Of a DNA stretch of 27,087 bases, positions 9,559-19,203 are shown one piece after another. The position numbers were made by a program, and so were the translations under genes. This DNA comes from Vitrella brassicaformis CCMP3155 (taxonomy: Eukaryota > Protista > Chromerida): assembly GCA_001179505.1 (NCBI GenBank), contig CDMY01000724.1:1-27087 (forward strand), written 5' to 3'. Every line of letters starts with the position of its first letter. The first letter of the stretch is position 1. The notes beneath the pieces were generated by a model. The model was not told the origin of the DNA. It searched no databases and worked only from the letters and a program-made list of their open reading frames with translations.

Positions 9559-12500
9559 CTAGAGTTCCCGGTGGTGGACGCCTGTATGTTTCTTCTCACG
9601 TCTCCGGCGCAGGCCTGCATATCTGCCGAGCATCAGCACGGTCGCCTGCACGTTCAGCCGGGTCACCTGCATTTTTGGAGAACAGGGGAAGGTGTGAGTT
9701 AGCGCTCGTGCGTGGCATCCACTCGTCGGTTGGCCGACCGGCCCGCCTACCTGCGGGAGGACCGACGCGTCGCATATGGAGAGGGAATCGATGCCGTAGA
9801 CGCGGAAGTCGGAGTCCACCACAGTGCCCATCGCCGCCGAACCCACCCAATGCCAGACCCCTGTTCCTGCGGACTTGACGAACTTTCCCAATTCCTCCGC
9901 ATCCCACAAATCTGGTGGCACACACAAATCCACCCAACACACACACACACATGGCTGCCTCGGTGGCTCGCTGACCTGCTGGCAGTGGGGGCACCACTGC
10001 AAAGCGTCTTGCTGCTTCAAACTGGGCCGCCATACAATCATGCCCATGATTATCCTTCGCGCACACGTCATCTCGCCACGACCCCATGTCGTCCTCCTGA
10101 AGACAGGCAGACACACAGACACAGAGGCCAACAGGGAGAGACCGTTTCATGTTGATGGCCTTTCCGGGGTGGCGTACTTGTAGTGAGCGTGCCGGTGCGG
10201 TGGATCCCTTGGCCATCTCGACTTGCTCGGTCAGCCACTTGGCGACATCGGACTCTGCCCCCAGCCACCGAGAGGCCGCCTCCCCCTCCTCTCTCTGTTT
10301 CGCCTCCATCTCCATCTCCAGCCGTCTTTGGTGCACGAAATTCTCATACTGCTGTCTGTCTGGGCCAGCGGCTTCTTCGTATGAGGCCTTCAGGTGGCGG
10401 ATGCCGGCAAGGGGACGTGTTGCGATGAGGATCATGTCCAGCAGGTGGGTGAAGATCGTCCCGGGGCAGTTGAAAATGTTTTTTTCCTGCAAGACGCCGT
10501 CAAACTCGCCGCTGCCCACCATCTGCAGGCAGCAGACAGGCCGTCATGAACGCATCGTTGCTGTGCTGTGCTCGTCCATTCCACCCACCCGTATGGATGT
10601 AGTGAGTCCCATGACGGCACTGTGGATGTCAAGCCCTTCATGGTCACCGAAATAGTTGCCGAAGACGATCGGCGCGCCCCACTCATTCACCGTGACGTGG
10701 CCCCTCGACTTGGGCACCGGCGGGAAAGACATAAACCCTACCACCTTCCTGCATTCATGGCGTTGCATGCGTGCGCCCGTCTCTTTGTGTGGACTAACTT
10801 ACTTCAAGCAATCGAAGACCGGCCTGAGAGGGAGACACAGGAGGCTGTCCTGGTTGGAATTGCACGCCGACACCACCGACACGAGCAAGTCCGTCTCGCT
10901 GCAGCAAGACAGACAGACAAACACCAAGCCACAGACATCACATCAATCACATCCGAGCACTTGTGGGCGTGACACTCATGCGTACGTACGGTGTGGTGCG
11001 GAGTGCAGTGGGAAGGAATGCTCGAGTGGCCAGGAACAGACCAAGCGCAGAGAAGCCTGATCCCTCCTCGGAGTTGACGTACATGCAGTCCATGCTCACG
11101 TCGCCAATGCTGCACAGACACGGGCACACACACCAGGTCCATTGTTTCCAGCACTCCACTCCACTCCATCGCTACGTTGTCTCACCGACCCACCCAAAGT
11201 CGGTTGGACAGTCTACGCCCATCTTCTCGAAGCCTGTGTAGGTGCCCAGTGTCACGTTCTGATACTGATACTCTTTGTCTTCAGGAATTGTGTCATGCTC
11301 AAGGAAGACCATCAGCGGCGTGAAGAAGCGGTCGTGCAGGTTGCTCCCCAGCTGCGGTATGTCCATCACCACCTCGCCACCCTTGTTGGCCATCACCTTG
11401 CTGACCACCTCGAAAGGGCCGACACCACTGTTCATCAACAAGACGGGTGTCATGATCGCTCCAGTCGACAGGAAGATCTCCCCGCCGGGGTTAATGCACG
11501 CACGCTTGACGTCATGATGGTCTTGGGGCCATCCTTGCTTGAGAACCCCGCACGATTCCCATAGGAGTCGATGGACTCTGGAGGTCCTGGTGAGTCGACG
11601 TACTCAATACATGTGGCACGAGGCTGCTCGCCACTGGTGTCAAACTCGATGCGCAGGACGGTCTTGCGCAGCATGACCTCCAGGGAGGCGGGGGTGCCGG
11701 GCGGGTCAGCGAGGGGGCCCTTGAGCAGCACGTCGGCACCGAAGCGCTTCCGATAGGGGGACAGGACGCCTCCGTCGTCCTCGAAGCGGGAGTAGGTGCG
11801 GAATGAGCCGACAGTGATGTAGGGGGACGGATCGGTGACGGGGTTGAAGCCCACGGCCTCCTGCGCCTTTCTGGCCGCGGAGCTGTATGGCTCACTCTTG
11901 CCCATTGGCTGAGACGTCTGATCGAATACCCACCTGTACGACTGACATAGCAAAGGACACACACACACGGAGAGAGAGAGAGAGAGAGAGAGAGAATGCC
12001 CGACAGACCCTCACGGCTGCCTCACGCCTCGTGGTGTGTGTGGTTCCTTGCCACCTCGTCCACAAGACGCTGATCGAAATGTGCGCCAATTCATGTTCCA
12101 GGTAGTCAAAGTACTCGGCCACCTCGGCTATCTGCAGACCGGCTGTGAGAGCCGTCCCGCCCGAGAGGACATTGCCCACGTGTGTGATGGTCCTGTCGAT
12201 GGTGCGGATCTGCTGAGCGAGGTCCGGGTTGTTCAGCCCCGGCCCCCACCCCCACGGTGTGAGCGCCTCGGGGTGCTCCTCGAGTTTGCCGCCCCTCTCG
12301 ATCAGCAGGACGTGGTAGCCATCCTCAGCCAGAGTGAAGGCCAGGGGACACCCCGCAGCACCGCCTCCCACCTGACCAACTCACGCACGCAAGAAGAGCA
12401 TCATGCATTTCATCATTTCTTTGTCTTTGTCTGTGGAGGCCGTGTCTTTGTTCGCACCACAATGTAGTCGAAGTATGCGGCGCCCTTTCCACCGATCTGG

Positions 12501-12720
12501 GGCTCGTGAAGGAAAGAGCCCTGGCAGCACACAGATGGGAAACGGGGCAGCGAGGGAGATAGTCATGCTTGTGGTGTGCCACCCATCGTGCCATCGGTTC
12601 CCTGACCCCGTTCCTGTCCGCGCAGCAGATGTGCCCACATAACATGAGAGAAACCATGACGAAAAACCTCCAACCAGCCCGTGTCGGCAAGAAAGCAGCG
12701 TGCTGCCGAGCCGACGACAT
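9559..12720 (-). CDS. GMC (glucose-methanol-choline) oxidoreductase, HOTHEAD/mandelonitrile-lyase-like, about 10 exons
   Basis: FAD-binding FDYIV|VGGGAAGCPLA...LLIERG; GNVLSGGT; EIFLSTGAIMTPVLLMNSGVG; GSNLHD; catalytic region WHWVGSAAMGTVVD..FRVYGIDSLSICDAS and LNVQATVLMLGRY. A hydrophobic N-terminal exon starts at ATG 12720. Two apparent 1-nt deletions (about 12086 and about 11546) must be corrected to join the frames. Confidence 0.9.
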
Positions 12721-12827
12721 GACGGACGGACGACCGCCTTTTGACGGATGAGGCATCGGGGCTGTGAGTGAGGATATCGTCGTGTTCTGGTGAACGGAGA
12801 AGGATTTACGACCGTTTCGCGAGCTGA

Positions 12828-13659
12828 ATGGCAAAAGATCTACACTACTTCAACGAGCGTCGGCTGGTGTGTTCCCGTGTCTGTCTCTGTCTATCTTTCT
12901 GTCTGCCATGCGTCCTTCATTCTCACGTCGGGTCTCCTTCCATCCATATGTCCGCAGCGCACACAAAAGAGCTTACGCACCCCCCCNNNNNNNNNNNNNN
13001 NNNNNNNNNNNNNNNNNNNNNNNNNNNNNNNNNNNNNNNNNNNNNNNNNNNNNNNNNNNNNNNNNNNNNNNNNNNNNNNNNNNNNNNNNNNNNNNNNNNN
13101 NNNNNNNNNNNNNNNNNNNNNNNNNNNNNNNNNNNNNNNNNNNNNNNNNNNNNNNNNNNNNNNNNNNNNNNNNNNNNNNNNNNNNNNNNNNNNNNNNNNN
13201 NNNNNNNNNNNNNNNNNNNNNNNNNNNNNNNNNNNNNNNNNNNNNNNNNNNNNNNNNNNNNNNNNNNNNNNNNNNNNNNNNNNNNNCCCCCCCCCCCCCC
13301 CCCCCCCCACACACACAGGTACGTCCTTGATTCGCATCATATCAACACACCACAGCACAGCACGACATAGCATGGCACAGCATCGCCAGAATCGTCCTAC
13401 TACACCATCCACCACGGCACATATGTACTTGCAGAGGGATGATATGAGCAGCTACGAAAAAGGGAATGCATCGCCTCCCGACCTCCCTAGTCATTGGACG
13501 CCCAGATTCGTTAAGAGACTCCTGCATCTCGCCGTGAAATGCAATCGATGGCGAGAAGGGTCTCAACCCGCCACCATCGCATTCCCACGCCACGACACAC
13601 CGACACAAGGCGATGAGGAAACCGCAAGCGCACACGTCACCAAGCAACCAGCTAGGTAG
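12828..13659 (+). CDS. Possible spliced hypothetical gene spanning gap 1
   Basis: ATG 12828 MAKDLHYFNERRL|gtgtgt donor, acceptor-like ccgcag near 12958, cacacag near 13318 and cttgcag near 13434, then an open frame RDDMSSYEK...FVKRLLHLAVKC. The gap prevents a full model. Confidence 0.25.
12987..13286. other. Assembly gap (300 N) flanked by poly-C
   Basis: Run of N with C6 on the left and a long C run on the right. Confidence 0.99.
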
Positions 13660-13673
13660 CCAGCCCACATATC

Positions 13674-14485
13674 TCACGAGAAGAAAGTGCGCTTCATGTC
13701 TGTGGTACCATCTCCTCTCGGGCGCACAAAACCGACAAGGCAAGAGCCCCAACGGGTGCACGTTTTCCCGGCCAGGCGCGACTTGTACACCTCCAGTATC
13801 GTCGACAGGTGACACTTGCTGCACACACGCATACAAACCCACAAATGTACTGCTGATCCCATGTGTGTGTGGCGTGGAGGACTGCGCGTACGTGTCTTTG
13901 CATGCGTTTGGGGTCGCCTCCACGTTGTGGCTTTACGGTCTGCATCAGCAGGGGGTTGTCCTTGCCTGCTCACAGCAACACGCGTACAGCCAAACAAAAG
14001 ACCAACAAACGATCCACACCACACCCACACCACACCACACGTCTGTTCGCACCGCACCGCCCACCAATGCTCCTCTCCTTCTCGCCTCGCTCCTGCGTCG
14101 GCCACCAAATGAACGTCTTAATATGAGGCTGCACACACACACACACACAGGCGTGAAGGCACCGCACCCATGGTACCTTCAACAAGTGTATGTGTGTGTG
14201 CTGACCTCGGTATCTCCCTCGTCTTTGTGGAGTTCCCAGACGATGGTTGATGCGGTGGGCAGGTAGCCCTTGCGGACGTCGGTGAGGGCGATGGGGTAGT
14301 CGATACATGGGCACCGCATACAGCAGCTCGCGGTGCGCCAGGAAATACACTAACTGCAGTGCACCAATCACACACGAGGTGTTTGTGGGTGCACTGTGTT
14401 GTGTGTATGGCCGACGGCAGACCTTTTGGCTATCGCCCGTAGAGCGGGCGTCTCGAAGAACCACCCCATCAGGTAGTCAAACGCC
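13674..14485 (-). CDS. Hypothetical spliced gene (about 5 exons); weak resemblance to the C-terminal half of histidine acid phosphatases
   Basis: Exons with canonical cag| acceptors: AFDYLMGWFFETPALRAIAK / LVYFLAHRELLYAVP..DYPIALTDVRKGYLPTASTIVWELHKDEGDTE / PHIKTFIWWPTQ... / GKDNPLLMQTV... / KCHLSTILEVYKSRL...FFS*. Joining requires about 3 frame corrections, so this may be a pseudogene or carry sequence errors. Confidence 0.4.
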
Positions 14486-14548
14486 TGAAGACACAGACAT
14501 GCAGACCAAGCAGCAGCGGTTTCAGGAAGCACCCTAGGCTCTGCTAAT

Positions 14549-14691
14549 TAGGGTGAGCTTCTGTGAAACGGAAAGATGGGATTCCTTTCCTTTTCTCCCT
14601 TTCTCCCCTCCCCCTCCCCCTCCCTCGCACCTTTCGCTCACATGTGCGTCGACAGGTGCGCCCTGCAGCCATTGAGAGCCTGGCGTACACT
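14549..14691 (+). repeat. Copy 1 of an about 140-bp dispersed direct repeat (copy 2 at 15982-16107)
   Basis: 27-bp exact match tagggtgagcttctgtgaaacggaaag, a variable CT-rich spacer, then a 52-bp exact match acatgtgcgtcgac...ggcgtacact. Confidence 0.95.
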
Positions 14692-14827
14692 GACGCCATT
14701 GATCTTCCTGTGCCACATCGTATCACCACACACGAGGTTCACACAGATCATTTTGCTGTGTGTGACACACACATCGAGAGGCATTGTTGTTTGCTTCACA
14801 TACCTTATCTCAAACTATCATCTTTTG

Positions 14828-15796
14828 TTATGGCTGGTGGTGGTGGTGGTGGTTGTCGTTCTGCTCGTCATCGTCTGGTCCGTCGTCTTGCAGCACCGCC
14901 GCAGTGCTGTCCGTCTCGCCCTTGTGGTGGTGCCTCTCGCTGGCCCGCCTGTCGGCGGCAGAGGGCGACGCATCCTGCTCTGTGGACGGCGCAGGGCCCG
15001 GTGCGGGTGTGGATGCCGACTCCTTCTTGTCGTCCTGCTGTGTGTGCGGGGTGCCGTCGTCCTTGGTGGTGTTGTTGTCTGTGGTGAGTTGCGGTGCGTG
15101 TGCCTCAGTGTCCTGGTTGTTGTCGTCTTCTTCCCTGGGAGCGGGGGGAGGGGGCTCGGTGACGGGTGGGGAGATGTCCCACTTGGTCTGGGAGGCCGCA
15201 AGGGGGGTCAGCAGCTCGGCCACCGACGCACTGCCCTCCTCTTGCTGCTTCTCCTTGCGGATCGTGAACGACACACCAGTGTAATCCTCAACTGAGAGTT
15301 GAGACACAACCACACACACAGGCAGACAGACAGACAGACAGACATGGACAAATGCGTGGGTGCCTTCGTGTTTTGCCTCATGTGTCTGTCTGTCTGTTTG
15401 TGTGTGTGGCTACTCACCCCAGTAGTACCACTGCGTTTCCGCCCTGAGTTTGTAGAATTTCTCGCCGGGCTCGGCGTACCGCGGCGCGTGCTGGGGCGTG
15501 TCCGCTTCCATGAATACGCGCTTGGCCACACAGTGCGTCGGCTGGTGCTGATATGTGAGATCAGATCACACAAACCCAACCGACAGAGAACACAATGGAT
15601 GTCCATGCCATGCAGTCTGCAGGGTGGCCAGGCAGCCCGAGGTCTGATCAGATCTGATCTGCCTTCCTCTTCCTCCCTCCCTCCCTGCCGCCTGTCTGTC
15701 TGTCTGTCTGTCTGCTTCCCCTCCCTCGGCGCCCCGCCTCTGTTTGCTCACCGGCTGGTACACCTTGAGTTCGCCGTTGGAGAATCCCCACGTCAT
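14828..15796 (-). CDS. Hypothetical protein, 3 exons, acidic/Pro/Thr-rich low-complexity C-terminal part
   Basis: Phase-consistent exons 15796-15752 (MTWGFSNGELKVYQP), 15547-15418 (HQPTHCVAKRVF...QWYYW) and 15291-14828 (VEDYTGVSFTIRK...HHHHHQP*), with canonical GT-AG sites. Confidence 0.65.
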
Positions 15797-15981
15797 GGCT
15801 GCCGCCGGCTCACACGACACAACCAACACGCCGCTGTCCACACAAACGCCACGCTATGCTACGCTCGCTGCTCTACAGTACGCTGCTGGCTACAGAAAAC
15901 CCGACACGGGAGCGGCGGACAGGTAGGGCCGCCACAGACGCTCACTCACAGAGGAACCCAAAGCGGGTTTTGGAATTTTGC

Positions 15982-16107
15982 TAGGGTGAGCTTCTGTGAA
16001 ACGGAAAGGATAGGACTTTCTCCCCTCCCTTTCCCCTCCCTTTCTCCCTTTCTCGACATGTGCGTCGACAGGTGCGCCCTGCAGCCATTGAGAGCCTGGC
16101 GTACACT
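15982..16107 (+). repeat. Copy 2 of the about 140-bp dispersed direct repeat
   Basis: Same exact blocks as 14549-14691, with a shorter CT spacer. Confidence 0.95.
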
Positions 16108-16315
16108 CCCCCCGACCTTCCTGTGTGTCTTCAGGGATGCTCTTCGCAGACACGCGACAGGCAGTTCTTTGCCGTGTGACTGCCTCGGCACGCCGTCACA
16201 CGCTTCTGCCTTCCCCCCTTCCAAGGACAAGAGCTCGGCACAGGTCGTGGCAAACAGGGTCCTCTCACAACCCAAGAGGCACCCCTGGCGGCCCGGTGGT
16301 GTGCTTGGTCTGGTG

Positions 16316-17794
16316 ATGCGTGCTGGTGTGCTTGGTCTGGTGCTGATGGTGGCCTACGAGGACTGTCTGCATCAAGTCATGACGACACAGCAGACGTGGA
16401 CGTGCCCAGACCGGCCTGCCGACCATGTCATATTCCTCGCACATGGCTGGATCAGCCAACCAGTCGGCATGGATGGTACACACCAACACCAAGACACCCT
16501 CACACACGCCCACATCTATAGCTGAGCTTCGTGCGGACGTCTGTCGCTGTCTGTCTGTTTTGTGTGTCAGTGATTGCGATGGAGATCTCTGATCGCGCCC
16601 GGAGCCTTTACCCGACGGGCAACGGCAACAGCACTGACGCTGGCGGCCCATGTGTCTTGATCCACAAGCTCCACGCCAACTGGGGCATGGTTAGAAGCTG
16701 GTTTACAACGGCCGACGGCATTGACTCCGGTGGACGGCGAATCGCCTCCGTAATCGGCACTCACCAAAGGAAAACGCGACACACGGATTGGAATCTTCTT
16801 GTGACTCTCTCTTGGCGTTTCCCTTTGTCGCAGGAGATGCGTCAGGTGATTGCGTCGCACCCATCGCTCCGGAAGATGTCGGTGGTGGCTCACTCGATGG
16901 GCGGGGTCTATGCGCGCTATGCTCTCGGCACCCTTCTCATGCAAGATGGCCACCGCGAGAAAGCCGAAGGCGGGTCCCTGATTGCCGGCCTCAGGCCAGT
17001 CAACTTCGTGACATTGGGCACCCCTCACGCTGGCGTCGATGGCCAGTTCATCCCCGTCATGGAGGAGCTGGGCGCCCTCCTGTTTCTCGTGGACCTGCCC
17101 TTTGCCCTCGGCGACGTGCTGCGGCGTGTGCTTCCTCTCGGCACCAACTACGGCCGCACCTTCGTGCAGCTCTTTCTGAGGGACGGAGGCGAGTTCTTCG
17201 ACCGCATCTCTGACCCAAACGGGCCGTTCTTTCGAGCTCTGGCAAGGTTCCAGGCGCGAAACGCCATCGCTGCTGCAGAGGTGAGTGAGAACACAACCAT
17301 TCATCGACCGGTCCCCACGACCCATGCCTGAGATTCCTGTTGGTATCCGTTTTCGCCGCCTTACTTTGTTGCAGCATGACTACCTTGTGCCGTGCGCGTC
17401 ATCGACCGTGCTGACGTCGTGTCCGTTTGAGTACAAGCACCTCGAGGACGCTGACTACCCCCACGTGATCGCGACCTACGCCACCATAGCCGATCCATCG
17501 CGAATGGCGCACCCCTCCCACCCTCCACCCCCCGAAGTCCACGAGTGCCCGGCCGTCCAGCAGCTGGGCCACGGCAAAGGCCTCTACCACCGCTCCACAC
17601 TCGAGCACACGTTCGTGACCCGGCTGGCAGCTCTCGAGTGGACGCACACCATTGTGCGGTACCGGGGTTTTGCCAAGCTGTTCGCCCACCACCTGCTTAT
17701 ATACGACCAATCTACAATCTTCCCTACGCTTGAGGTCGTAGGCGGCAAGTACCACGAGGTCCCCAAGTATGCCGCCGAGCAACTCGTCTTCTGA
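16316..17794 (+). CDS. DUF676-like serine esterase/lipase (alpha/beta hydrolase), 4 exons, hydrophobic N-terminus
   Basis: HVIFLAHGW (oxyanion strand); TTADGIDSGGRRIAS|EMRQ; nucleophile elbow VVAHSMGGVYARYAL; NFVTLGTPHAG; HDYLVP (Asp) and AHHLL (His). Introns 16476-16570, 16750-16833 and 17281-17374 keep the frame. Stop TGA at 17792-17794. Confidence 0.88.
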
Positions 17795-18064
17795 TCGGTG
17801 GGTGGCGGCATAGCTGACAACCACCCGATCAGGAACGATCACCTGGTAGAGCGGACGAAAGGAGGGCGATGTGCGTCTGGCTGCTGAGTGCGCGTAAAGG
17901 AAGGAAAGCAGAAGGCAGTGCCATGGCGTGGCGTGGCGCGACGTGGGGGGTGGGTGATGTGACTGATGGATGCATGGGAGGGGCCGTGCTGTAGTGCCTG
18001 TACAGCAAGCAGCGTTCCTCGCTATGCGTGTGCGCGTGCGTGGTGAGAGCGGCTTTTCGCTCGG

Positions 18065-18116
18065 TCTGAGCCTCTCTGTGCTTGCTTGTCTCTGAGCCTC
18101 TCTGTGCTTGCTTGTC
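18065..18116 (+). repeat. Perfect 26-bp tandem duplication
   Basis: tctgagcctctctgtgcttgcttgtc twice. Confidence 0.95.
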
Positions 18117-19203
18117 TCGTGAAGATCTCGATGTCTGATGTCTTGTTCGTGTGTGATGTATTTGTTCGCCTTTATGCGGCCCGCATGGCTCACACTACTG
18201 CATGTGGCGCGACAGCACATCGTCACGCCATCGGAGATGGATGCATTATGTGCTTTTTCCGGGTGTGTGAGTGATGCAGCTGTGTGCATGGTCATGTGTG
18301 TGTGTGTTGTATGCATGTGGCTGTTTTCCAGTACCGTGTTGACTGCCGTAGGTCTCCACTAAGTTGCCTGTGCTTTGTTTGGTATTATTTTGGATGCGTG
18401 TGGTGCGTGCGGTGCGTTGTGGACACAATCAAGATATAGTAGGCGACTGTGAGTCAGTCGTAGACCTACGCTGTGCAGTCATGGTGTCTGGCACCAAATC
18501 GTGGTTGCAATTTATAAATCGATGCTCTCTGCAGAGAACGCATACAACACAATACTCACTCACGAACGAGACCGTGCGAGCCCACAAAAACACAAGCGCA
18601 CACATGCATGGTACCACCACCAAGGCAAGGCAGGCAAGGCAAGCACGGCACGGCACGGCAACAGCAGAATAATCCGCAATATGACCTAGGTGACACTCTT
18701 ATTTGTCCACGACCGACGTGTGGTGGATGGGATAGGATGCCGTGTGCGCGTCACATGGATCATAGCTCATATTACCTAGCCTCTCTCGCTCATCCCCTTC
18801 TCCCATTCTCTCGCCGAATTCGTCGGCCCTCTCTATGTCCGCTGTTCGGTCGGCATAGCAGCTAACCATGGCAAAGACGAAAAAACTGCTCTCCTCGCCT
18901 CTCTGGCTGTTGGACTTGTCGGCCGCAAGCTCATCGCTGAATGAAGGAAAGCGGGGCTGCGATGACGAGGCCCCCTCGGCTGTCTCTTGCAAGCTCCTAT
19001 TTAGCAGTCTGTCTCCCCTCCCCGGCAAACAAAAGGCACCCTTCCCACCCCACCCCACGCCCCACCCCTCCCTCCCAACAAAAAAGGGAAAAAAGGACAC
19101 ACCGACGTCGCAAACACCTCGGCCACACACACACGTCAACCAGCTAGTTCAGCACGACGCAGGGAACCACCATAGCTGCTCGGCAGAGAGACTAGCTGTC
19201 TCA

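Noticed and set aside
12790-13659. Long ORFs spanning the N-runs (also 24881-25989)
   Set aside because: Artefacts of translating gaps.
13435-13659. FVKRLLHLAVKC...QP resembling a protein-kinase C-lobe end
   Set aside because: Too short, no upstream kinase motifs visible, and the gap intervenes.
16297-16342. 19-bp direct repeat around the lipase start codon
   Set aside because: Simple local tandem duplication with no evidence of function.
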